Of a DNA stretch of 60,638 nucleotides, positions 33,997 through 51,243 are shown one piece after another. The DNA is from Macrostomum lignano. Its lineage: Eukaryota. Below the pieces are notes generated by a model, which saw only the letters and a list, made by a program, of their open reading frames with translations, had not been told where the DNA came from and searched no databases. The position numbers and the translations under genes are program-made. Every line of letters starts with the position of its first letter. Within the stretch, counting starts at the first letter, position 1. Where the stretch lies: positions 1 to 60,638 of the forward strand of contig NIVC01002584.1 in assembly GCA_002269645.1 (NCBI GenBank), read 5' to 3'.

Positions 33997-36900
33997 GAGT
34001 GCACACAAAGGGAACAGTGGGGGGATGAGATGTCTCACTATTTTCATTCCACTGGTCCCAACAGTCACGGGATAAGCTGTAAAAAATTGCTGAGACTACT
34101 TGGAGCTCTCACCTTCGGCAGCTTCATCACAAGCGACCAGCCTCTGAACTGGTTCGCCGTGGCCGGCGGTCAGCAGCAACCGGCCACTGTCCGGGTCTCG
34201 CAGACGCACCCGGACATCCGGGAACGGTTGGCCAACCCGGCCGGGTAGTCGCGGCCCATCAAGCAGGTTGCCCAGCGCCATGCCGATCTCCGTCATGCCG
34301 TAGCGCTCCAGCAGCCAGTGGCCGGTGGCCTCGTGCCAGCGCCGCATCACCGACTCCGACAGGGAGGCGGACCCGCTCACCATCAGCCTGCGCGGAGTTG
34401 TTGCGAGTTTTTTTTACCGTTTTAGGTATGTTCGATCTGGGTGTTCATCGATCTGGGTGTCTGGGTGTTGTATATGCAAGAGGGTTGTGGGAATCCTGGC
34501 ACAACGCCTTAGGTGACGTTGTCCCGCAACAAACGATGACTCAATTTTGATCATTCCTGACTCCTGAGCACATAGGAGCGCATTAGATGCTGTTCGCAAG
34601 CACGAACCCATACAAGCAGGTCCACACGCTGAAACAGGGTATAAAACGACCCCGAGTTTCTAATCGTCAGGCATCTAAAGTACACTCTCTGTACCTTGGG
34701 GGCTAGTCATAAGTGTGAGAACCGCACGACAAACCCGAGCCAATTTTCGTGCACAAGCTCCAGATTAATTGTGGCCACGCGCAGAGTCAAACCAGGAGTC
34801 GTGGCGCGAGAGTCAGATACGTTTATCGCTGAGCTGCTGTGCCTTTTTTGCCCCCACCCAAAAAACCTGACCGATTCGGATGAACTCGGGTGAAAACCAG
34901 ACGAAATAAACGGGCACCCTTAATTAAACCTATTAAAAAAGCTCTCAGTACACCACAGCCATCAGAAAAGCTAAAAGTGCACACTAGTAGCCATAGCGCC
35001 TGGAACAATGTTTTGGATAGTAATGTCTTGTAATTCTTGCAATTCCGTCCAATTTCTGATTGCTTTATAAGTGAACTAAGGGGAAATATGAACGGATAGC
35101 GGTACTGACGATGAACTACGGACAAATGTGTGGTGATAGGCTCTGCTTCTGTCTCATAAGATGGTGTTGTACTATGCTGTGTCTCTCTCCCTCTCTCCTT
35201 TTGTTCCAGTTGAGCCGGTAGGTCAGGCCGGGTTCGGGGTTTTAGCCTCACCCTGGCCTGGCCAATATGTACGCTCTGCCCACGTCAGTTTCTCTGCCCT
35301 TTGCCCCTCCCCCTGGCGGCTTGTAATTGGCTGGCTGGCAGTGTGTGGTGTCGTGGCTGCCCGCTGACTGCCGGTCCCATGTCCTTCACCCCTCTTTCCC
35401 CTATGCCCACTACTATTTAAAGCGCACCGTTCAATAAGTCGGGATTTCCATCTCGCTACTTGGGCGTCTCCCAGCTAGGCGGTCCCCTACCCCAGCTGGT
35501 TGCGCAGCTCCCTTGGGCTGACCCGTTGGATCCATACAATGTAATCCACTTTGCCTGTGCGCCTCGTCTATTCCCCCAGTGTTAAATGAGCGGAGATAAT
35601 CAGTAGCGTAACTCCGCTACCATAGACCATAGACATCCGGCTAGACCATAGACATGGCTAGCGGAGATAACTCATTATCGCCGGCGGAGATAAGGCGCTA
35701 TATTCGGGTCGCACATGCCGTGGATTACATACAAAGAATCGCCTGATACTAGGAGATGAGCCATAGACAGAATCTCCTCGTATCAGGCGATTCTTGCTTA
35801 TAGAAAGGAAGAACGCAACTAAGTATCTGTATTAAAGTTAAGTTTAGCTGTAAATTGTATGAATTTATGCATTACAGGTCTATCAAAACTTTTTCTCCAT
35901 CAAAAAATTCATTAAGGCGGTAAATGCGCCTGACTGCAGCGTCAAATTATCTGGATGTAGATTTCACTACATGGACGGCCACATTACTTTGGGTTTACCT
36001 AAAAAAACGTCATTTAAATTTTGGCCACACTCATCGTTCAGATAGTCGAATATCTAAATATACTAAATCTCTATCTTTCTTCTATCTTCTATCTTCTTCT
36101 ATCTTCTATCTTCTATCTATCTTCTAATCTAATCTTCTAATCTAATTCTAATCTTCTTTCTATCTTCTTCTAATCTTCTAATCTTCTAATCTAATCTTCT
36201 ATCTAAATATACTAAATCTCTAAGGTTTGTTTGTATGTTTGTCCATAACGCTCTAGAGACTGCAATTCTTCACCGATTTTGATCGCGTTTTCGCCAAAAG
36301 ATTTGTGAACAGCCTGGGATTGTATGGTTAAAATTTCTTGTATCTGCTTCAATGCTAAAGGGATTAAATATTCGAAAAACTGTTTTAAATGGCCTTTTTC
36401 AATGCAAATTTTATCAGCCAGAAACTTCACTGCCAATTTTAATTGATTGCGCCAGAGCCAACTGATAAGAAAACTCACTCCGCTCCACTTAAAGGGGGGC
36501 AATAAAAAATTATTCTGGCTGCTGGCAGCCAGCTCTAATTAGCTAGTTGATTTGCTAAATTTAATAATGCACAACTAGTAGCCAGAAGTCCAAGAACAAG
36601 TGCACTCTAATAGCATAGGAGTATAGAATTCAACGCACACCAACCAGACAGGATAGTACCTCATAGCTCGTAGTTCAGTCTATAGTCACAAAACAGAAAA
36701 CCCGTGGCAATTCCATGATTACGTTGCGGCCTAATTTTAAACTCAGAAAATCAGCCCATAGCTCATAGCTCGTAATCATAAATTTTGCACCCAAAAGTGC
36801 AAGAAGTTAATGTAAATCAAGTTTCGTCCAGAAAACTTAGTCTGATAAGTAGAGTATAGACAGCATCAACAGAAACTGTGTGCAATGACACGAACTTTGG

Positions 36901-39383
36901 GCTTTGTAATTTAAATTTTTACCGCAAAGATTCTAAAACTGTAAGCTTATTGTTGGTAGCCAAGGCTGCTGCAGTGTCTTATATTACTGAGGATTGAGCA
37001 TAGCCGTAAAAATGGGAGGGACAAATTTTTCTGAACATTTAGTTATTCTCAATATAGCTATATAGCGACATTGGAAATCATGTCATATTTTCCTTTTGTA
37101 ATGATCGGCAGATTAGCAGAACTATTCATAAGGTAGTACCTTGTAAAGAAAGGCAACTCCACGGAAATTCCATGGCTATTTTCAAAACTAAAACACATTC
37201 TATAAGACCTCATATTACTTTAACATAAAAGTTTTGATTTATTTTTGTTTATGAGAAACATCAGAAATGAGAATTCTTGAACCATAAACGCACTTTTCAC
37301 CTGAGCTAATCTTAGACATGATAAAGAAACAATTCCACGGAAATTCATAGCTATTCACACACTGTGAATAATAACTGTGACTTAAAACTACTATGCTACA
37401 CACCAGAAATGCAGAATGCTTAAACCGTACACGCACCCTGAGCCCTCGTCTCAGACACTACTAACTTCACCTCCACCTCAGCCTCACACAGCGATCTCAC
37501 ATGCAGCTCACCGAACTCCGGTCTCGCAGGCTCGCCTCACGGCTGCCCGCTGCGAGTCCGGCCGCTTCTCCAGGTGGTCCAGCAGCCTGCCGTACATGGT
37601 GGGCACCGCCATGAACACCGAGACCCGGGGCCAGGCGCCAGCGCCAGTCAGCTGCTGCCACACCTGCTCAGGCTGGAAGCTGCGGTTGATGAGCACACTG
37701 CCTCCGGCCTGCAGCGGTGCCAGCAGGCAGTTCTCCAGCCCGTGCACGTGGTGCAGCGGCAGGCAGTTCAGCGTCAGGTCCGACAGGCCCAGCCGCCAGG
37801 CCGAGGCCACCGCCCGGCACCGGGCTCGCGCGTTGCCATGGGTTACCACGACTCCTTTGGGGCGGCCTGTTGTGCCGCTGGTGTAAACGATGTAGCTGCA
37901 TTGGGGTGGGGCAGTCAGCTGCAAATATTTACTTTATGCGTAATAGATATAAATAATTGAGAATTCCACATCCGTCATACAGTGTACAAGGAGTAAAAAA
38001 TCCCGGTTGTACCATAAGCAACCAGAAGACAATAACTGGTAGCAGATGACTCACTCTAGTCTTGACGTAAAAGTCAACAATCACCAAATCAACAATCTGA
38101 ATAACATACAAGTACATATTGTGTATCGATTTATGCTTTGGGCCACAGACCAGTGGTCTGGTGCGGCGCTCTGAGTTCCAGCGGCCCAGGCTCGATTCCA
38201 AGTGCAGTCACATTAATTTGGGGCTAAATTTGAATTTCGGCTTGGCTCTGCTCATGCAATAACGTCCTTGAGGGCCAACGCCTAAGGCAAAGTGAAGTGT
38301 ACATGCCTAACGATGAATAAAGTTAGGGCCGCTGTACACTCCTGTGTGAGTGTGTGCCTGTGCGTATAACTGCGTACGTATCCGCGCGCTTGTGCGCCTA
38401 CTCAGGGGAGTCGGCGGAATGGGCAGTAATGCCCCTCGCCAGTTGTGTGAAAATGTCGCTTAAAGTGCGCCTCTGCGTTTAGTACAAAACCCCGGTTATG
38501 CATTAGAGTGGTCACATATTTCTACCGACTCTTAAGCAACAGGCTTCTCCTAAGCAGGTACATACGCTCGTAATAACATCTACATGTTCAGTACTTGACA
38601 CCGCGTCACCATGTTCTCTCACCTCGCAGGACAGTACAACGGCTATTTACATAGTAGGATTTATTACATGTACAGGTGTCTATAAATAAACTCTAAATCT
38701 TATTGTTATACATGTACATCGAAAAATTTCGTCACTTCAAGGAATTCTAATTTTTGATTGGTCAGCTCCAATTAAGGAGAACCAAAGTTCTTCCACTACC
38801 TTCTCTACCATACTTAAGTACACATGCCATGCCAGCTTCTCCAAAATCGCTGCTCACGCGGGCTGGGATTCCGGCTTCCTGTCCGGAAGCGGCCGCCCGT
38901 CTCCAGAGGCCGACGGCAGCAGCGGCAGGTCGCCGACTCGGCACAGCGGCAGGCTGGCGGCGTCAGCGAGCTCCCCGGCTTTGCGCAGGACGTCGCCGCT
39001 CGAGTCGCCGTCGGCCAGCACAGCCCGGGCGCCGGAGTCCCGCACGGCGTGCAGCAGCTCCGGCAGCGAGTGCGCGGGGCTCAGCGGCACCGCCAGGCAC
39101 GGAGGTCCGTCCTTAAAGGCCCAGCAGGCGGCCAGCGACCGCACGAAGCTCGCCGACGGCTCCGTCAGGATGGCCAGCGGTTGCGGCGACTTCGCCGACC
39201 GGCCTACTGGCGACAGCAGCGGCGAAACGTCGGGGAGCGGCTGCTCCGACAGGCGGCAGACCGCGGTTGGCGCCTCCAGAATGCGTCCGCCGACGCCACC
39301 GCCGCTGCTGCTGAGGCGACGGATGATGAGGCTGAGAAGCTGCGGACATCGAAGATAAGTTTTGCCGCTTTTGATGACAGCAT
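33085..39383 (-). CDS. ACSF3: Acyl-CoA synthetase family member 3 (malonyl-CoA synthetase-like); exons 39383-38858, 37895-37512, 34387-34113, 33872-33460, 33174-33085; apparent 1-nt frameshift near 39355
   Basis: AMP-binding motifs [58 protein letters not shown] and [12 protein letters not shown] are typical of ACSF3/MatB. All splice phases are consistent except exon 1, which is 1 nt short. Confidence 0.87.
36053..36546 (+). mobile_element. Non-autonomous Helitron-like element with a duplicated 5' end and a (TCTTCTA)n expansion, in ACSF3 intron 2
   Basis: A|TC start (TCTAAATATACTAAATC at 36053 and 36202) and a GTTTGTTTGTATGTTTGT tract. The 3' hairpin CTGGCTGC-tg-GCAGCCAG (36515-36532) is followed by CTAG|T at 36543-36547. 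Confidence 0.62.
37140..37480 (+). repeat. About 150-bp degenerate tandem repeat in ACSF3 intron 2 (same family as 12644-13400)
   Basis: Shared AAGAAGGCAA(C/T)TCCACGGAAATTC and CAGAAATG motifs. Confidence 0.75.
38140..38470 (+). mobile_element. tRNA-derived SINE, family 1 (tRNA-Glu-like head)
   Basis: The head GTGGTCTGGTGCGGCGCTCTG..GCGGCCCAGGCTCGATTCC is followed by a body AAGTGCAGTCACATTAATTTGGGGCTAAA...GAGGGCCAAC...AATAAAGTTAGGGCCGCTGT shared with 54668-54955 and 46127-46300. Confidence 0.75.
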
Positions 39384-40597
39384 TTTACAGCTACATGTAC
39401 ATTGGGAGTTCAAGACGAAGTACTTTGAGAAATTAGGCAGGAGAAAAAAAGACACTGCGGGCGAAGTTGATCCCATTTATGTGGTTAGCATGGGAGGGCA
39501 ATCCGCGGCAATTCCTAGGATATTCCGGGAGGACAATACAAAAAGCTAAGCCTAACACACTAATATATGCAGTAGTACTCGTAGTAGTCAGATCAGTGTG
39601 GCAGTGAAACTAACTGTAGCTTGCCTAAAAATAATGGAATTTACATTTACAAGCTTAAGCTAATATATAAATCACATTTCGACTCAATTAACCTTTTTAT
39701 ACACGAATAAATGCTCAATTGTTTTCGACGGATTATAGTAGTAACGAGTTCGAGTAAACATGAGTAATCATCACAAGGAAATAACAAAAAACAAGGTCTC
39801 GCTAACGCGTAAAAATATTAATTGCTCAAGAGGACGCATTTACTTTGATAAAATTAAGTATTTTTTGGTAAATGGTGTCATTTGTTTCCTATAAATAGAC
39901 GCACAGATAAACTAGCTTAACCGGTGTTCTCTGAAGCTCGAGCAGCAGGTTTAAAAATAGCTCAACTTGGCAGCTGTTTAAGACTTGACAATCATAAATC
40001 AATATAGGGAATTGACCTTCACCTAAGATGCCCAGAGCTTATCCCTACTCAATTAGATTTCTGCTGCTTTGAAAATACCGCTATCCACTGCTGCTAAGAC
40101 TTGGTTTAAAAATTTCCTAAATGATTACAAAACAAGAAAAGATATACTAAATAGATATCTATATGAGATGATGTATTATTTTAAAAAGTCGATTAAATGT
40201 AGTTGCGTCCAATTTTAAAAGTGATAGGGCAAATCAGGTGCAAAATATATATTATAAATGTCACATTTTAATAAGTCTAAAAAACACGAACATTGAAATT
40301 TGGGTTTCTGTTTTTGAAAACAAATTGACATGATTTTCTGACTGACTTAGGCAAGTCGGAGTTGATAAAATGTTCGCAAAACAGTATAATAAATGATTTT
40401 TCAAATCGTAGAGCTAGCTTAAATTGAATAAAGTTTTATGAATCTACGTGAAAAAAAGCAAAACAACTAAGGAATGAAAGTGAAAAAAGGCTAAAAAGAT
40501 ATTTGCTTGTTATAATTTGTTTTTAATAAAGAGAAAATCTAGGCACACAGAGTCGCTCTAGTGGGGAAACTGTAAAGCTCTGATGCAGCTCGGGCTG

Positions 40598-45522
<4,925 letters not shown>

Positions 45523-46126
45523 GTTGCTGGGTGCGGCTGAAGGGTGTTTAAAAAATATGACAAGAAAAGTTATAAACAATAGCTGTTGCTAATAACTGCA
45601 GTTTAACTACAACAAAGTTTTTTTTCTTTAAAAGTGCATTGATTTTTTCATGGATACTGAGATAACTAGCTTGGAAATGGGGTATATGCTTAGTAAAACA
45701 GTCTCACTACTTTCAGTTTAGTAGCAAGGGGGAATACATAAGCTTAGAACTGAGTTTGTAGACATACATGTAAATAACTTGCTACTAAAATGTATGGTAG
45801 CTTGAGCTAAAGCATATAGTGAGAGTGATAAATAAGAACTAGGCGGTGATATAAGAGTAAGGATTTTAATCTAAGTAGCCCATCTATTTATTCTAATATC
45901 AATGAAGATTTTTATATTAAAAATTTCTGCAATTTTTTGCTCCAGAGCTAGTAATGACAACAAAAATTTAATATTGCGGTGAGAATATACAATATTTTAA
46001 TGTCAAACATTTTTAAATGTTATTATAAGTAAAATTTCACTAAATTTTTATAAAAAGTATTCTATCCTTCCAAAAAAGTCTGAGAAATCCAAAAACTGCA
46101 ATGCAAAAATAGTTATTTGCTATTAA

Positions 46127-46300
46127 GGTGGCTGTAGCCTAGTGGTCTAATGTGGTAATCTTATATGATAATGGCCCTAGGCTCAATTGTAAGTGTGCAG
46201 TCACATTAATTTGGGGCTAGATTAAAATCTTTGCTTGGGTCTACTTGTGCAATTAAAACCCCTGAAAGCCAAACCCTAGGGTACAATGATGTGTACTTTT
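46127..46300 (+). mobile_element. Degenerate copy of the family-1 tRNA-derived SINE
   Basis: A-box TAGCCTAGTGGTC and GTGCAGTCACATTAATTTGGGGCTA shared with the other two copies. Confidence 0.6.
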
Positions 46301-47593
46301 ATATTAAGAATGTGCTTATGCTTATGCATATGATATTTATATGCCTGTGTGTCTATTTATTTAGCCATAGAGGAGCTAGCAGAATAGACAGAATGTCTCT
46401 TGCCAAAGTGCAAAGTCACACCAAAGTGCACAGTCCCTGCCTCTAATAACAAACAATAGAAATTGCTATCGCAAGAACTTATGCTTATACTAAAGTAGAC
46501 CTTTTAGCTTTTGCAAATCATTTTAATTGGTTTTTGCAAAAATTTGATTTTTAGGAAAATTAAAGAATACGTTTTTAATAATTTCTATGAACCTATAGAA
46601 GTTAGACTCTTACACGAAAAATATATAACTATATAAATGAAATATTAATGTATTTATATGTGCGAAACATTTTTACAGAAAAAATGATACTAAGTCTAAG
46701 ACAGGTTAAGCAGAGCAGTGGGCTTTTTGCTTTGCTTATGGTTCAGTAAGATTTTGTATTTTAATATTCAATCGATTTTTTAAACTTTGTAATAATCCAT
46801 CAAACGCAATGAGTCATGTTCGCCATGAGAAAGATTGTGTTCTGAAAGGACGAAATTTTTAAGCTATCTAGAGTGTAGACTATAGTCCCTACAAATGATA
46901 ATAGCGATAGTAAAATTTTTACTATTCTTTCCTTAAATACTTTTTTCTACGATACTTAAGTAAGGCATTAAAAGAAGAAGTTAACGGGGCACTTTCTTTT
47001 TGCATCAAGATTTTGCCTGCGCCTGTGTATGTGTATACCCAGTGACCATGGTGGTGGATCCAGGGTGGTGGCGGTGTATGCCCCATCCCGATGAGTACTG
47101 ATGCCAATTTTTTGCCATGTCTTTTGTCGTGTTTCATTTGGACCTATATGATACTGATTTTGAAAATGCTTAATATAGGTTCCCCTGCCCACGAAAGATT
47201 TCTCAATCCGGAAGTATACTTTGGACCCTGGACCCTCAAATCTCAATTGTAAACAGTTTATAAGATCGGATTTAAAATAATATTATTTGGCAACAAAACT
47301 TGATGATAAAATTGGAAGGCTTTGAAGTTCATTTATTTTAGCGAAAATCTCCTAACTTTCAAATTTTACTACACTCATCGATTCTGCTATTTGATAATAA
47401 CGTATTTCTATAGTATTTGTTAAAAAATGTTCAAATATTTTTGTTATCGCGACATGCGTAAAAATAAAATTCACCCAGATAAAATTACCGCGTTATACTC
47501 TGAAACACGAAACACGGTACAAAATCTTATGACTCGATAAAAATCAGGAGTTTTTAGGGTTATATTCCTGAATTTTTCAAAACAGGCCTGAAT

Positions 47594-47765
47594 CAGGGGC
47601 GCGGATCCAGAGAGGGGCCAAGGGAGCCATACTCCCCCTCACCCGCGGCCAATAAAATTTAGGCCATACTTTTTGGCCTGCAACTATGCCAGGTCTATTT
47701 TCCAATATTAGGTTGTAGTGCTTGGTAAAGCTTGCCCTCAAAAAAATTTTCTGGATCTGCGCCTG
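47594..47765. mobile_element. 172-bp MITE, hAT-type
   Basis: Imperfect TIRs CAGG(GG)CGCGGATCCAGA / TCTGGATCTGCGCCTG and a perfect 8-bp TSD GCCTGAAT (47586-47593, 47766-47773). Confidence 0.85.
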
Positions 47766-50047
47766 GCCTGAATTGACAGATCTATAGAGAAAGAGAGTAG
47801 ACGCATTAGTGGCATCCCCATTTGAATCTTATCTACATTGTAGCACTACTACGCGGCTTCAACATAGTGCAAATTGCTGCCGAAAAAAGCCGTCATCATG
47901 CATATAGTTTATTTATAAGTGAATTGCTAAATTCTATGATAAACATACTTAGCATAAATCGTTTTTTAAAAGAATGCCACAATCATACATCAAACAAGAA
48001 CAGGTACGACTTCAGTGTATGTTACCTTTGGGGAATCATTTTAAGTAAAGTACATGTTCTTAATTCTAAACAATATACTTATACAAAGGATCTAAAAATT
48101 TCCCGACACCATTGTATCAATTAATAATTATGCGCACTCGGTCTGTGCATGGTTTAGAGCAAATTATTCGATACTATATTATTGATCTTGTATTTTTTAC
48201 GATTGTTATGAAACTCGGCACCCTGTTGCTAAACGTGTACGCTTTTCAAGAAAGTTCTGTTTAATGATTTATTCGCTTCGACAGAATCATACAAACGTGC
48301 TTTATAGAGCTCCTACTGAAAAACACAAATTGCGCATGTAAGTATGGATCTGGCTCTGCCTATACATGTAGCTAAATGTACGTGATATTTTTTATTTAGA
48401 ATCTCTGCCGAAGACAAATAAGAAAAGTGTATCAAGTACACGTAATGTATTTGAAAATCAAAGCTCGGAAAAGTACATAAGAGTATTACACATATATGCT
48501 CAACTCAAGAGCCAGTTACGGCGAAATGAATATTTCAAAAAGATGTAGTATCAGCTAAAAAATCGGAACCTCGTGAACCCACAGGGCCACTTTCAAAGAC
48601 ATTTAGCCAAAAAGCACTTCTTTTGCTTCAAGGAGCCCTCTTTGACTGTCGGCCTCCCTTTAAGTCTTCCTTTGGAGCCTGTCTGTCAGTCACTAGCAAC
48701 AATTGCAACTTTGTGGGGAATGAGTTCTGAGCAGGCGGACAAGTAAGGAAATATGGGATGAGCCGGGGGAATGAAAGAGCAAAGCTCCCATGCAGCGACT
48801 CTCTACAGCAAATGAGTGAGCAGTTCTTCAACCTTTCCGTCCGCTCAACCTCTTCATTATTATCAGCTATGGTCTCTCCATCCGCCTGAAGGATGCTTCT
48901 TGCTTAGGCCTAGTTTTCCTGTCACGTCTTTTGTTGTTGCTTTCATTTGAGGGTTCGCTGCTTCATTTCGGCTGCGGGGGTAACTTTGCTTATTTCACTC
49001 GGTGCAGAACCGCAGACACAGGAATATTTTATTGAATAATCAAAATAAACTGGCTTAGGAGTCCAATGACTGTGAATTCGGTTAAGCCTCTGAAGCTGAG
49101 AGACTTGATTGGTTATCCCTAGTAGATAGAGCGTGCCCACCTAGTAGATAGGGGTGCCCATCTAGGAGATGGGGGTGCTCACCTATAGGAGATAAGGGGC
49201 GCCCATCAAGACACCAAATACCGGCGCCCCCCCCTCAGAGTTGCTGCCACCTCCAAATGAATTTGCTGCGTGTGCCTCTGCCCTACAAGAAATTTCCACA
49301 TGTTGAGCATCCACCTATCTCAATCTGTTTCAATTCCCCGCCACGCATTAGAAACCACAGTATTCAAGACACAGTTCAGTCTGCATTAATAGTCCTACCA
49401 GAGCTTTGAAAACGAGAAATTTCATACCGGACGGGTTGAGATGCAAGATCCGGTTTCTTCAATAAAGAGGATGGAGACTGGATTTTTACTGGATTGGCAG
49501 ATTTATGATCTTGGTGGCTCCTGCTCACTCCGGCTGCCACCCCCATGGGAGCCGCGGATTCGCCATCAGAGCCGCGTGCAGCTCATTTTTTCGCTTGCTT
49601 TTTCCACTTTACAGCAAGCTGGGTTGCGCATCAGAGAGTGTTGCAGATCTCTTGAGCTCAAGATAAGATGCGAGTTTTTCAACTTCATGCTGGAATATCG
49701 GATGGGGATATTCGGGACTTGCTGAGCTCCAATTTGACAACAGCAGCGGCAACAATTTTCGGCTAAGGGAAGCCGCAGCGCTCACCCTCGGGGATCGAAT
49801 CCTAAACACTCTGACTTCTGTCGGCTAAAAGCAAGCCTACAAGCAGGATTACTAATTAAGCTCCTGTAAGTGAGAAGGCTTAGGCTAACTAAAGGGAATC
49901 TCCTGTGGGATTTCAGCCCGAATAGCCATAAAAAGTGATTGAAATACTCGAATTCTAGGCGCTGCACAAAGCAAACAGATCGCTTTGAGCTGAGCTCTGA
50001 CCACAATCTGCTCTGGTCTACTGCCGGTTAGACTCTATTGCCGGCTC

Positions 50048-50970
50048 ACCCTCCCTCTCCTTCCCTCTACTCCTGGTCTGTCTCATTCTCCCTCTCCTTC
50101 CCTCTACTCCTGGTCTGTCTCATTCTCCCTCTCCTTCCCTCTACTCTTGATCTGTCTCACCCTCTCTCTCCTCTCTACCCCTGATCTGCTTCACCCTCTC
50201 TCTCTCCTCTCTACCCCTCATCTGCTTCACCCTCTCTCTCCTCTCTACCCCTGATCTGCTTCACCCTCTCTCTCTCCTCTCTACCCCTGATCTACTTCAC
50301 CCTCTCTCTCTCCTCTCTACCCCTCATCTGCTTCACCCTCTCTCTCCTCTCTACCCCTGATCTGCTTCACCCTCTCTCTCTCCTCTCTACCCCTGATCTA
50401 CTTCACCCTCTCTCTCTCCTCTCTACCCCTCATCTGCTTCACCCTCTCTCTCCTCTCTACCCCTGATCTACTTCACCCTCTCTCTCTCCTCTCTACCCCT
50501 CATCTGCTTCACCCTCTCTCTCCTCTCTACCCCTGATCTGCTTCACCCTCTCTCTCTCCTCTCTACCCCTCATCTGCTTCACCCTCTCTCTCTCCTCTCT
50601 ACCCCTGATCTACTTCACCCTCTCTCTCTCCTCTCTACCCCTGATCTACTTCACCCTCTCTCTCTCCTCTCTACCCCTCATCTGCTTCACCCTCTCTCTC
50701 CTCTCTACCCCTGATCTACTTCACCCTCTCTCTCTCCTCTCTACCCCTCATCTGCTTCACCCTCTCTCTCCTCTCTACCCCTCATCTGCTTCACCCTCTC
50801 TCTCTCCTCTCTACCCCTCATCTACTTCACCCTCTCTCTCCTCTCTACCCTCATCTGCTTTACCCTCTCTCTCCTCTATACCCCTCATCTGTCTCACCCT
50901 CCCTCTCCCCTCTACCCCTGATCTGTCTTACCCTCCCTCTCCTCTATACCCCTGATCTGTCTCATCTGAG
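50048..50970 (+). repeat. Pyrimidine-rich 35-37-bp minisatellite (CCTCTCTACCCCT(G/C)ATCT(G/A)CTTCACCCTCTCTCT)
   Basis: Direct reading, roughly 25 units. Confidence 0.93.
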
Positions 50971-51243
50971 ATATCTTCGTCTTTATCCTTGATTAATCTC
51001 CCCCTTTTCCTGTCTCCCCGCTCCCAGCCCCTTAGCCCAAGTGTAAGGTCGCTATCTCCTATCTCCTATACTCTCCTATGAATTTCTGTGCCCAAGACTA
51101 TCACAAACAGAAAACAAGCATCAGCTTATATCAAATGATAGAAATCCTCACGTTACTCTGTGTGGGCAAAAAAGCAGTTTAGTTTTGTGTCTATCGAACA
51201 AATTATCCAAAAATCCATTTAAAAGTGTCAACTTGACATGAGT

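Noticed and set aside
35160-35530. Possible DIRS- or Penelope-type terminal repeat in ACSF3 intron 2
   Set aside because: It is GC-rich and promoter-like, but has no partner repeat or coding remnant in the window.
38140-38210. Functional tRNA genes at the SINE heads (also 54668 and 46127)
   Set aside because: The acceptor and anticodon stems do not pair, and each head is followed by a shared non-tRNA body.
33085-39383. Bacterial contamination or recent horizontal transfer of a MatB-like gene
   Set aside because: The gene has four spliceosomal introns containing host repeats and SINEs, and ACSF3 is a normal animal gene.
49441-49809. Possible hAT transposase dimerisation fragment (EKLASYLEL..LL*KWK)
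   Set aside because: The resemblance is too short and the diagnostic WW and S..SER.FS motifs are absent.
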